64,000 bases of DNA. Origin: Podarcis vaucheri (lineage: Eukaryota). Positions within the stretch are counted from its first letter, which is position 1. Each line of letters begins with the position of its first letter. The notes under the pieces were generated by a model. It had not been told where the DNA came from, ran no database searches, and saw only the letters and a program-made list of their open reading frames with translations. Location of the stretch: NCBI GenBank assembly GCA_965113315.1, contig OZ220374.1; one strand, written 5' to 3'. Positions 11,496 to 24,198 of the stretch are shown here, piece after piece. The translations under genes and the position numbers were made by a program.

Positions 11496-12560
11496 CAGCA
11501 GCAGGAGAAAGTTCGTTTTCATTAAGGGTTGGGTTGAGGTGGTGAGACGAAGAGGACACGATCTGCAGGCGAATGATGTTTCTATTCCAAAATAGCAGAG
11601 CAGAGCCGCCGGGACTGCAAGCTGTGAGCCGGGAAAAGCCACAGCTGGAGCCGCTCGCTCCTACCCTAGAAACTGGCCTTGCTGGAGCCACCCTCTGCCC
11701 ACCACTTCCCATCTATCTTCTGCCACATGGGCGTGATAGTGCCATCCTCTTAAATGAAGAGGATGTCTAGGAAAAGTCAGGGGTCGTCAAGGTGAGGCTC
11801 TCCGGATGTTGCTGGACCACAACTCCCATCATCCCTGACCTTTGGCCACGCTGTGTGGGGCTGATGGGAGTTGGAGTCCGACGATATATAGAGGGCACCA
11901 GGTTGGTTATAATGGAGTGCCTTGGGCACTCTAAGGCTGGGCTGGGGAACTCCAGCTGCCTTCAGCCCAGCCAGCATGGCCAGTGGTCAGGGGTGATGGG
12001 GGGAATTCCAGTTCTGCGACATAACTGTTCCAAAGCGTTATATAAATGCCAAGTGTCTATAAATTTCCTGCTTTAAGACTAAACAAGAATAAAGAAGCGA
12101 TCAGTCTGTTTTTCTGCTCTTGTGTTCCGGTCTCCTTCCCCTCCATCCCCTTCCCCGCCGTATTATATCTGTCCTTATTGATTTACTTACATCAGATTGA
12201 GGGGAAAGGGAAGCAACACTGTGAGCCAACTTAATAAAGTCAGCAACACATGCGGGAGCGGCGGAAGAGGGAATCCTTCTTATTAAAAGGAGACGGGTAG
12301 ATTCCTGGAGGGGATCAATACTGCGGTCGAGCCGTAATGAAAACGATCTGCTGAGAATGAAGGGATTNNNNNNNNNNNNNNNNNNNNNNNNNNNNNNNNN
12401 NNNNNNNNNNNNNNNNNNNNNNNNNNNNNNNNNNNNNNNNNNNNNNNNNNNNNNNNNNNNNNNNNNNNNNNNNNNNNNNNNNNNNNNNNNNNNNNNNNNN
12501 NNNNNNNNNNNNNNNGTCCACCTTAAAGAGCAACTTCCCCTTTAAGAGGAAAGCCTTTGC

Positions 12561-12592
12561 TGCAATGAGGCCATGGCCTGCAGGGGGCGCTG
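12561..12592 (+). promoter_or_regulatory. CTCF binding site (core plus upstream motif)
   Basis: The core TGGCCTGCAGGGGGCGCTG at 12574-12592 closely matches the CTCF consensus. TGCAAT at 12561-12566 resembles the upstream ZF9-11 module. Confidence 0.7.
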
Positions 12593-15500
12593 CCGGTCCG
12601 CGTTTCTCCTCTCCAATGCCTGAGAGACAGAGCCTGCTAATTGCTCGCGCCGGAGCCCACACAGCGGAGCGGAGCGTTGATACGGGATCCTGCCTGAGCG
12701 AGATCTTGTACTGTGCTGGAAAGGAAATAAATAAGACGCCTGCGGTTCCCCTGGTGTTACAACGAAATTATGCCAATAGCTGACGCTGTGCTTCGCCGTG
12801 GCCCTAAACTCGCTTACCTGGGAGCATCGAAGGCGACTTGTTAGGGTTAGAAGGTGCGCAGTTTTGCGCCGATGCAAAGGACGGAGGGACACGCATTTAC
12901 GAGAGATCCAAAAATCTGCATTTTTTGTTCCGTTCTTGTTTTTGTTTTACTTTTTAAAGACCTGTTGAGGCTCCTGAGGGACTCGCCTATTTAGGTATCA
13001 GGGAGATACGTAGCGCTTCGGTGATCTGCCTCAATATCACACACGATTAGCTGGGTTTTTGTAAGAATCCTGGGCTCTGCAAATCAGCCCTGTCCCCTTT
13101 TTAGAAACTATATTAACAATCGCTTGTTTGATATTCCCTTCTGTGGATAATCTGGGTGTTTAACTGATTAAACCTTCTACCTCGTTTCCAGAATCTTGTG
13201 ACTCTGGTTCAGACCCAGTAAGCCCCACTGAACACAATGACAATTACCGTACTTCGGAGTGATACTAGGCGGGGATCTATCCAGGCAAAGTTGAGCCTTT
13301 ATTTCAGTGGGAGAGTTAAGCGCTGGCTAAGGGCTGAGGTCCAAGGGACACTGATTAGTAATGGGATTTTATTTCACACAAACGCGATGCGGATCCCGCT
13401 GCAAACATCTACCGTTGAAATCCATGAGACTTAACACACTTCGAGTTTGCCTCAGCCAGGATTCTCGAAGATCCTTATTTCCTTCCTTCTCTCTCCCACG
13501 AGCCAACCCTGAACAGGCTACCGGGGGGGGGGGGGAGGTTTAATGGGAACTCATTTGCAAGTCCTACGCTCAGGATCAAGGGTCTGAAGAGGGAACGAGG
13601 GTGGCTAGGGCGCGGAGGCGAGCATTCTCAGCCAAACAAATCCTTCTGGTGCCATCCTAAACACGCGTCGATTTCCACTTGGATTCAATGCTCCTTCCTC
13701 CTAAGTAGTGGTGGAGAGGCATGCAACCTTGCTACACGGAAGTAGAGCTTCCCGGGATTGTAGGAGTCTACTTCCAAGAAACCCAGCCTCCACACCTGAT
13801 GCTACACTAGTTTCACTCTGAAGAAGTCTCCACTGAGTCGCTTTGGAGGCTTACATCCAAGTGCCCGGGCAGATTCAGGAGAGCCGTCTAACGCGGCAGC
13901 CACGTCCTCAAGCGCCTCTCTGGGACCCGATCGCTGCAGTGCTCTCACGTCAACTCGTGGGCGATGGATGCTGGTTTCTCTGGGATGCGGGAAAGAACCG
14001 TTTTCCTAGTACAGGACGACAAAACGTCCTCGAGATCTTTGAAGGAGCCGTCAGTCCAGGCGGCTGCGGCGTCTCTACTGCTTCTCTTCAGCTTTGCTCG
14101 AAGCTCCGTCCGCACAGCCGCCTTGGACAGCCTGAGCGACCTGCGCGCGTGTAATGCTTTTTTTTTTTAGGGGGGACGGATGCCGATCTCAGACTGTTTC
14201 AGTCCAATAGTGCCCATCCTTTCTAATACCGCCGTGCATGGAATTGCCCTTCCGGAAATCGGATTAGTAATCCCTCACGTGCATTTAAAAGGAATCCTGG
14301 GGACACCTTTTTTCTGGGAAACGGGTGAAGCTTTCGGGAATGTGCAAAATGTAGAAGAGGAAGGGATGCGGAACACTTCCCTCCCCGACCTGTGTCACCC
14401 CGCTCCATTTCATGATTGTAATTAGTTTTCGAAATAGTGCGGAAGTTCTGGACTAGCGCAGCTCCGGCTGGGGCAGTGAGGGCTTGTCCACACTGTCGTT
14501 TAAAGTGGATGCGAGTCCACTTGCGCCTCCATTAATTCTCCCTTGTCCATACGACGTTCTTTTCCTACCAAAGCATCCTCTTCTCACGTTTCCCCCTCCC
14601 TCAGTCCGGATTTTCTCAAAATACCAGGGATTCCCCGCAAAGGAGAGGGTGTTAAAGGGGGGGGGGAATCCGGATTGGGGGAGGGGAAAGAGTAGGAAAT
14701 CAGTGATTTGGAGGAGAACGTCGTGTGGGCAACGGAGAATGAATGGAGGTGCAAGAAGCCTATTATCCACATTAAGCGACAGTGTGGGTGAGCTATGGAT
14801 TTAATGGTTTTGCCGGAGCCCTGCCTCCCCCCCCCTCTAAAACGTTGGGAAGCCAACCCCCCGCCCGCGCGCGTATTCCGCAGGGAGGGTCCCTGGTCTT
14901 CTGCCTTAGTCTCCAACCCGGACACGTCTTCTGGGAAGATCCATCTCGACGTGGCAAACTACAACTGGAGTCCATTGGCCCGTCCGGAGGGGAGAAAAAC
15001 AACGACATACATACATACATACGAACTTCTTAACTTAACTAAGGAGGCAAACACCCCCAAGATTCTCTTGCTTTTCCCTGGGAGCCCACAACGAGGCACC
15101 TTGACACTGTTTCAAGCTGAATTCCCTGACTTGGGTCCATTTTATATTTTCATTCATCTATTACACCCGAAGCAGCAAAAAAAGTTGATGCAGCCGCCGG
15201 ATTCTCCCCCCCCCCCCCACCCTTACATTTAATTTAAAGGATCTTATGTACAAGAGTCCGTGCTCAAGCTCCTGGGCTTTCCTCCTCCCTCCCTCAGTCT
15301 GGTCCCCTCTCCTTCCAGCCCAGCAGCCAACAAAACCGAGGCGAATGGACTGAAACACTTCGCAAAGGACGAGGCCTCTTCATCCCACCCGCGGAATGCC
15401 GGCCTGGCGCATTCATTCCGCCGAGGGAGGGGGGTCCTTACTTTGTTGGAGCACTCCAGCGCTGAGTTAAACAGCCTTTCTCCGTTAATTCAGAAAATAA

Positions 15501-15684
15501 TTAGACGACACGATTGTCTGTGTGGGTGGGTGAAGCCAAGAGAATGAGCTCGGATAAAATGACAATAATCTTAATTTTCCTGTGACACGACCTTTACGCA
15601 CACCTATTTTTTTTAATTAATAATGGGAAGAAAGCATTATTTTTAAAATAAAAAATAACCCCAAGATTTTCCAAATGATATGAT

Positions 15685-16263
15685 ATCATAGCCAGACACT
15701 GGAGAGACCTGTCAGGAGTGAACATGGAGCACTGGTACCAAATCGTATGGGAAACAGCCTTACTAGAAAAGCTAACCAATAGGCTGACACCGGGAGAAAC
15801 AGAAGAGCACGCCTTCACCCCAGTATGGCTCCCTTTTATCCTATACACAGCCCAACAAGACAACAGCAAGAGCCCACCGACATCATACGAATCAATATGG
15901 CTTACTTGACCCAATAATTCCTCTCCCCCCACAAATGCGAACTAACCTCGCGGCAGCCAACGACAGACAACCCACCATACCCTGGGCGCTCCCCTCCAAT
16001 CCCTCTCACAACCAAGGAAATGTAATAAGCGAATACAAAGAGAACCTACCCAGTTGACACAAAACCCCACACGTACACCATAAAAAGGAATATAAGCCTC
16101 AGCACCCCACCCCTCCAATTCTCCCCCAACCTTACACTGCATACAACACTCATGTCTCATATCAAATGTTACCGATCGGTAGAAAAGACTTTTATAACCT
16201 GAAAAAAGAGGCCATGCACGTACTATTGTATACCAAGAAAACCTTTAATAATTTTTTTTTAAA
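15685..16263 (+). mobile_element. L1-clade LINE 3' end (ORF2 C-terminus plus 3'UTR)
   Basis: IIARHWRDLSGVNMEHWYQIVWETALLEKLTNRL...FTPVWLPFILY matches the A..W....W......EKLT..L....F...W.P..Y pattern of non-mammalian L1 ORF2 ends. Stop at 15909, then an A-rich UTR. Confidence 0.7.
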
Positions 16264-19200
16264 TGATGTGATATTCGAGAAGCTTTGGAGAAACATCAGC
16301 AGGGTTGATAAACTGCTATACAAGAAGGCAGAGGCATAAGGTTGTGAAGCTGGTCCTTTCACGTGCCTCCATTGAAACTAACAGGTTCTAAATTAAAACC
16401 ACTTTACAGTTGTTCCAAGATCTGGAAGATTTTTTTCCCCTCTTCCTTCTGGGTTCTCGTGATTTGCCTTCCGAGTCCTGCAAGGGACTATGACAAGAGT
16501 CAGTAGCTGCAAGTCTGCACGCTACCAACTTGCGGTGGGGAATTGGGGGGGGGATCATTTTCTTTATCATCAACAACAGCAAAACAATAAGAATGCAGCA
16601 TCAACTCTGCCCCATTTCCTGCCCTGTAGAGATGCATCGCAGGACAACTGCCCTCCACCCCTCCAAACAAATCGTCTTCTCCTGCCCGAAAGAATGGGGG
16701 GGGGGGCTTTGCAGATTGCAAAATGTCATCCAAATTGAATGGATGTGCCTCCTTGAAATGCCTTGAAATTACTCTCTAATTTACAATGTATGCCTGTTCT
16801 AAACATACGTTCTGCACCTCTCAAATTTGCCCATCTAGACTTACGATTCAGGTGACCCGTCCCATATTTAATTTTGTCGTTATTGCTTGTGAATTATTAA
16901 TTTGTTTACTTTATCTTCCTTTTATTTCATTTTATTCTTGGTAGTCCACAACACACACTTTAGAGGGAAATAGATAGGAGATTTCCCACAGTTAACATGC
17001 ATGTAACAATAATTTAATTATATGGATCTCAGTGCAATTTCTTTCTAACTAGCTAAAAGGACCAGGAAGAACGTTTGCGAATTAAGTATTTTGCTATCAT
17101 TGTTAGTGCTGCTTACTATTACTGCTACTCATAGTAGTCATTTCATCTTCCTCTACTTTTGATGCACTAAAACACAAAATGTTTAGTAAAGGAATTTTAT
17201 TTATCTTAAGGGATAATATTCTCCCGGGGATCATTTAAAGCGAAATGGGATTTTGGAGCGATCCAGAGTTCTAATCTTGGCTGATGTTTTGGTGTATTCC
17301 CGGTAATGAGTCTTATTCCCTGGAGTCACGAAGCCCCCAAACGTCAATCACCCAAACCGATTCAGAAATGCCTTTGTTTGTCTCCCACGTCATTCCCCTT
17401 CCTCTCATTTCCCTTAACAATACCGGAGTTCTCTGATCGCTCATTCGGAATATGGGGACATTATCTTGGGAAAATGCGCCGAGAGCCTTGGGCTTCGAGC
17501 GAGCAGATATTATTCTGAGCCCGGTTTCCGCCTAAGACTCCGGACTGTTTTTCTTCCTTTTCACCCTTCCCTTTCACCCCGCGTGTCTTCTTCTTCTCCT
17601 GTCTCTGTACTTTACTGCAGCTCAAGAGAACCCTGCAAATATCCTGAAAGGCGATCATGCCACCAATCCGTCAAAAAATTAATTTGTCCAGATAGATGTA
17701 ACATGTCTATTTCCGCGATGAAAGCAGAAGACGACTCTCGGATCTGTCACCGGGAAGCCGGCCGAAGAGGAAGGCGGCTTGCCTGCCTTTCCTGGCGCGT
17801 TCCCCAAGCTCAGCAGCGGATTAGCACACGAGGACTTTCTCAGTAACCCATGATGTAACCCATGCGTTTTGCAAATATTTAAAGCCTGGCGGAAAGCTGC
17901 CAAAAAGCTGCGCTGCTTCCCTCCCGGCTCCACACTCTCCAAAGTGAAAAGGGCGGCAGCATTCTGGCCGATGGGAGGTAGCTCCGCCAAGGCGCTCTGA
18001 CTCTTGCGATTCTTCCCTCCTCCTCCGATGTCCTTAGGTTACCCCTTCACCTCGCTGCCAAGTCCTCCACATTCCCATCTCCCATCAATGGGTGAAAATA
18101 CCCAAACTGCAACTGTGGCACAACACCTTCCCTAGGAACAATGAAGAAGTAGCAAACACGCTTTTCCCCTGTGAGCACTTCTTCCACGAAAATATTGTGC
18201 TGCTGCTACTACTACTAAACAGATAGGTTTTCCACTTAAGGGCTGCTGCCTGAGTTATTACTTGCATGTGTTTGTTTTTCCCCACCATGGAGGTGTTCCC
18301 ACAAAAGGAGACCCTGAAAAAGATTCTTAGAAATAAGTTCCACCCTTCCTGCATTTTCCAAAGAAGAACTCAAGTTAAATTTCGCTTTGAGTAGCACTCC
18401 CCAGGACAGGGGCTTAAAGACCTCAAGATCCCACAAGTCTCAGACTGGGAAGCCGACCGAAAGCACCTCCGTTGCTTTCAATGGGATTTCTCCAACTGTA
18501 GTTGGTGCAAGGCTGTCGACTTGCAGTCCCCAATAAGCTTGGATATCTGCATCCAATACACAAAGGCAGCCAATGCTTCTGGATGCAATACGCAGAAGAA
18601 GGACTCGACATTTGTTTCAAAGGGATGGGATCTCCTCCAACATTGCACGCATATTTCAAGACCAATGACTCTGACATTCCTAATTCCTAAGGGGGTAATG
18701 ATGCTCATGTAACTAGACTGAATGTAGTTTACCCAGAACTTAATACACAATTTAACTTGGACATAAATCCGATGGATTCTAGTGCTCTTCCAGTTAAATG
18801 TTGTTGTTGTTGTTATTGGTTGTAGGATTTAGGCATCAGTGTCATGTGGACATAAAAGCTAAAGGACAGAGCAGTTCCAGGTTTTGAACTGGAGGCTTTT
18901 GCTCCTACAAAATCATTAAGTAAATCTAAGACATGAAACTGAGTTTTCCTCTCTTTTTTCCTACACTCATGAGGCCTGTTGATCTGGGGCACGTTCAAAG
19001 CTCCCTAAGGTTCTGTTTTCTATATTAAATGCCCATGTTGATGGTGAAAAAGAAAAAGGAAAGTCTAAGTCTCCCAAGTAAGCTTGAAACGATTTCACCA
19101 TATTTAATTGAATTCCTCCCCCACCCCACCCCAAGTTCTGAACTTCGGAGTGAAATAATAAATATTAACCTTTCACGGCATTTCGAAGTGCGGATTGCAA

Positions 19201-20459
19201 GATAGTAACATCTTGTTAATTTCAGATTATTGGAGCAGGGCAGGCTCCCCACTCCCCTCCCCATTCCAAAGGCCTTTTGTCTCTTCATTTCACTAATGCC
19301 TTGGATTTGTTGCCGGTTGCCAAGTTCTATTAATGGGAAGGGGGAGAGAGAGGAGGGGGGAGAGAGATTGGGAAACGTTTTCACCCCTTTCTTGTCCTAA
19401 ACTGGACACCAGGATGCGGAGGCCTGGTTTAGCTTACTCATCTTCTACCATTCAAGCGTTCCTTTATCCACTTTTTGACTTCCTCCGCCCGCTTTTTATA
19501 AACGCTTGGGCACGATCCGGCCTAACAGAAGCAGTTTTCAGTTCCATTGATTTCGGGGGGAGGGGTTAAGCATTTTCTTAATTTACGATTCTAATCCTAA
19601 ATACACTTACTAGAGAGCAAGTCCTATTGAACTGAACGTTGGGGTTGCCCTTCTAAACTGAGGAGTCTCAGAAGCTCTTAGCTCCATTTGGAGGTCCCTT
19701 TTGCCTTGGTACAAATGCATTTCAATGGAGCGTGTGCAAAATTCCATGATGGATCGTTCACCCTCCGCCCAGTTATTCAGTGTTGTCACTGAAATTTATG
19801 CTCACTTTTTGCATACATTCTCACTGTATTCTAAATAAACTGTAGCTTCTGAGTTGTTAATGTTCTGTTCCATTGATATAACTCTGATGAAGCATAGGTT
19901 TTGTGGTTTTGTTTCCAGTGAACCTCTTGGAGCACAAGTGCATGTGTGGGATAGTCTTCTGATAAATAACCCGGCTTTATTATTATGTATTATTTTCAAT
20001 AACACCCCCAAGGTCACTGGAATTCGGCATATAAACCCATGGGAAGGGGGTCCCAGGAGTTATTCCTCTTTCTCCTCAAATGGAACAAGTCTTCAATGAT
20101 CACAGAAGATACTTTTATTCCACCCACAACACAAGAATCTCTGTGGAGGGGATATTTGAATTGATAATGCATAAACAAAGGTATTGCTTGTGTACCATGT
20201 ACTGCATATGAAACTTAATACGACTGTACCACTGGACAAACTACTGTAGTTATATGTTATACTTACATGAAAATCAATAATGATTTTTTTAAAAAAGTCT
20301 TCCAATGATCCCATTCCCTGCAAAACGCACACCAAGGAGTCCTGTGGCACCTGAAAGACCACGGCTGTACTCCTCACCCCCCGCTTTCCCTGGGAGTAAG
20401 CCCAGCTGAATTCAATGGGACTTACGTCTGAGTAGCCACGGTTAAGATGGCAGCCTTGG

Positions 20460-21600
20460 CCTAAGTTGGGGCGGGGGGGGGGGAGAGCTGGCGGGGCCCT
20501 GGCTTTGACGACCGGAGTAGCAGCAGAAGCAGCAGACGACACTGCTCTTGCTAGGCCTACCCTGTTCCCTCTTAGGACTCGGGGTCCCCTCGGCTTCTGG
20601 GTCCCCCTCGGCTACCCTTCTTCCCAGTGGGGCAGGCAGGGTTCGGGCCTTCCCCGCCCCCGCTGCCCGGCCCTCCCTCCCTCCCTCCCCGGCCTGCCTG
20701 CCTGCCTGCCCGAGGCTGCCCCCTCCAAGGGCGAGCGAGGCCTGCAAGGCCGAGGAGAGGAAATGAAATTGTTCTGGCGATTACGCGGCGGCCTGTCCGC
20801 TTTCCGCAGGCCTGGCGGCAAGCCTGGCGGGCCGAGGCGTGAAGCCGCCCGCTTGTCTTTCCCCGGGCAAGAATGGGGCCGTTTTCGCGCTCATTTGCCG
20901 CTTCCCCCGAAGCCTCGGCGCGAAGCAGTGAACCTGAAGCGCCCCTTTCAGGGCCTCGATAGGGACTCTTTTGTCACCGGGGCCGGACTCTGATCGCCCT
21001 GACAGGTGAATCCAGGGGCGGAGGAGGAAGGCAGCCTTCTCCCCCCTCAACCCTCCCACCCCACACACAACACAAGGCCCGGGGGTTTCACAAAGGCCAG
21101 GGGGAGCCTTTCCACCCCCGGGGCCACGGGGCATCCTAGCAGGTTTCCCTGCGCAGGGCCGCCAACCCACAACCAGGCCTCAGAGAAAGAGAAGCCCAAG
21201 GGGGCGTCAATAGGGGGGGGGGCCTCCCATTCAGAGCAGCGTTATGGCTTAGCCCCTGAATCTTGGCCTTATCAGGAGCCTTTTCATGGGGCCAGAGGAG
21301 GAGATGAAGGGGAGGCCCGAATGGATGGAGGAGGGAGGAGGGGAAGCCCCACCGAAGCGGGGATAACATACCTGGGTGCGCCCCATCCCCGCAGTCTGGG
21401 GGAGTGCTGCTGCTGCTGGCACTACTGTCAGGCCTTCAGCAAATCTGGCCTTTCCCACCTTTGCCCTCCGGTTTTCCTCTTGCCCTTGGCCCTTCCAAGC
21501 CTGCTGCCACGGTGGAGCAGCTGCTCTGGAGGGTACAAGGGCCCCGGGTTAGAATCCCCGGCATCCCGCAGCAGGAACGTCTCTCCTCTGCAACCCTGAG
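20460..21600. promoter_or_regulatory. CpG island
   Basis: GC-rich and CpG-dense, with no recognisable protein. Confidence 0.55.
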
Positions 21601-24062
21601 AGGTCAGGCAAGGCTGGCTGTCCCAATCTTATGTGTTTCTGTGAGCAGAACCTATCGCCCCTCCTGAGAGCAGGAGAAGGTGATTCGTGGCTGAAATGCT
21701 GCTGCGTTGCAGAGCGATGGACCCTTGTAAGGAAGCTTTAAAGGAGCAACTTGAATTATTGTTACTAAATCCAAGGGGGCTGGAAATAACAGGACCCAGT
21801 TGTGTGGCTCATCTTCTTCTTTCTTCTTGTGGCCGAGTAAGATTGTCTTCCCTGAAAACAGTCTTAATGGTGTGTGTCCATAAGGGACTGCAGAGGGCAA
21901 TTCTGGATCCACACGTCTCTCTGGCAACTCTACTGCTGCTACTTCTGCAACCACTGCTAATGCTGTAGGTAGTTTTGCATTGCTCAAAATTCCAAAACTA
22001 CATTATAATACCTAATAAAGGTTTTTTTTTAAAGTGTTCAAAATCTTCACAACAACCTTATAGGGCAGACTGCTATTATTCCCACATGGGATAAAGATGT
22101 GTGACTGTATGAGGATATATTGCCTCAGACTACTCATTTACTTCAGGGTAAGGTGACATTTGATCTGATTTGCTGTTCCATTGCCTTCACCATTATACTA
22201 ATTATGTTACTGTATTTTAGTGTAAGAGTACATCATTTATTTTAGGAAGACACTAATAAGCTTAAATAATAAACTAATTTCTCTAGGTGATGTACCATAC
22301 ATCCGTATACAGATACATTGGCATATGTAAGTAAAAGTCTGCTTACTGCACAAATGAGCAAGGGGTCTTGTACCAGCATCCGCTCCATCTCAATTTGAGG
22401 AGATGTTAAATATATGTTATGCATATGTTGTCTGCATTCCATAACAGTTATACCACAAATATCAACATCCTTGGACTTCACTCTCTTCATAATCTATCTA
22501 TTAATTGCTAAGCTTTTGTGTGCTATAAAAGAAGGTTTTAGTTTACTAGGCCCTCTTTGTGCATCAGTAAATAAAGAGAATAAAGTAATATGACAACGTT
22601 AACTATAGTGCAATAATTTATTAGATAAATCATCCTGGATAGATGATTTTCTAGACAGATAAAAATATAATAAATTAAGAGTCACTGTCGAATGAAAACT
22701 GTTTTGAATAGCAGGAGCCAAAGCATGTCCCTCTATTGAACAACAAGCTTTGTCCTGTCTGAAAGCACAGAGTTATCCCTTGTTGCTTATTACTGACAGG
22801 TTATTATAATCATTCCTTATTATTTGAACAGTGCATAAAGTTTCAGGATTCTAAGGCTGCAATCCTATGCAGTGCAAACTGATCAACACTAATTTGGGGG
22901 GAAAGTAAAGGCTGGAGGTAGCCAACGTGGTGTCCTTCAGACATTGCAAGATTACAGCTCCCATCAGCCCCAGCCGGCATGGCCAATGGTCAGGCCTGAT
23001 GGAAGCTGGAGGCCAACATCTGGAAGGCACTGTCACAGTTGGCTAATCCTGGGGTAGATGCTGGTGAGAAGGGAGTGGCAATAGCAGGAGCAGTTATCTA
23101 AAGGTATATCCAAAGGTAAGTAACCCCAGAATAAAGAGCAGGAGCTTGTGTATATTTCACCCCTTCTGTTTTCTCCTCACCTTTTTCTCCCTTTCCTTTC
23201 CCCATCATTCACTCACACGGGCTGAGAGACAGAGAGAGAGAATCAAACCTTCTCCCTTTCAATGTTATATAAAGCAAAGGCAGCCTGATTATGAGGTTAG
23301 AACAATGTCAGATTTGGGGAACTACGGGTGGCTTTGAGGGACCGTTTTAATTGGCTTCGCTTCGTTCCAAAAAAGAAAGGTCGCCTTCATTCATTCATTC
23401 ATTCTCTTTGCCAGCTACTGCCAAACATTTTTCCGGCACATTCCCTCACGGATTTGTGGGAATTTTAAGGCGGGTGGGGGGACCTAAGTGTTAGCCAAAA
23501 CTCTTCCAGGTTTACTCGAGTTGGTAGCTTCTTCCCATAGCATGGTTAGGGGGAGATTTCCTGTCCAGATCTGTTTCTCCTGTTCTTCTGAAGATCTCCC
23601 AAGTCCTAGAGACCAGCGGGGTGCAGCCCGTTTAGGGTTCGTCGAGGATTGCTCCATAACCTTTACTTAGCTCCATGAATGAAATTCGTGAGTGCTTCTG
23701 AGCATGCGCAGAAATACGATCACTTAAACGCTGCAATCCTAATTCCATTTATTTGGGAGTAAATTCCACTGAACTCAATCGGACCTGGTTAGGACTGCAA
23801 CCTTAGTTTGCTTTTTAAAGAGATTAGACCAATTCCTGACGGATGCGTTTATCAATAGCTTCAAGTGCTCAGTGCAACTTGCAGGTTTACAGGCAGCATA
23901 CGTGTGAATACTAGTTGATGGGGAGCAACAACGGGAGAGGGCAGTTGCCTTCCTGCCTTCTCTGTCGACTTCCTAGAGGCAGCCGTTGAAAATCAGGCAA
24001 TGGAGGCTGGTCCACTAGGAGAACGACAAGCAATTTAAAAAAAAAACCCAAAATTTAAAACG

Positions 24063-24198
24063 CATACCCTCCAACATTTCTCCAATGAAAATAGAGACAT
24101 CCTAAGAAAAAGTGGGACATTCCGGGATCAAATTAGAAACCGGACGACTTCTCTAAATTAGGGACGTCCCTGGAAAATAGGGACACTTGGAGGATCTG
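24063..24198. mobile_element. Short MITE with repeated GGGAC subterminal motifs
   Basis: Imperfect TIRs cataccctccaa...ttggaggatctg and internal gggac repeats. It appears nested in an older element starting at about 23998. Confidence 0.55.
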
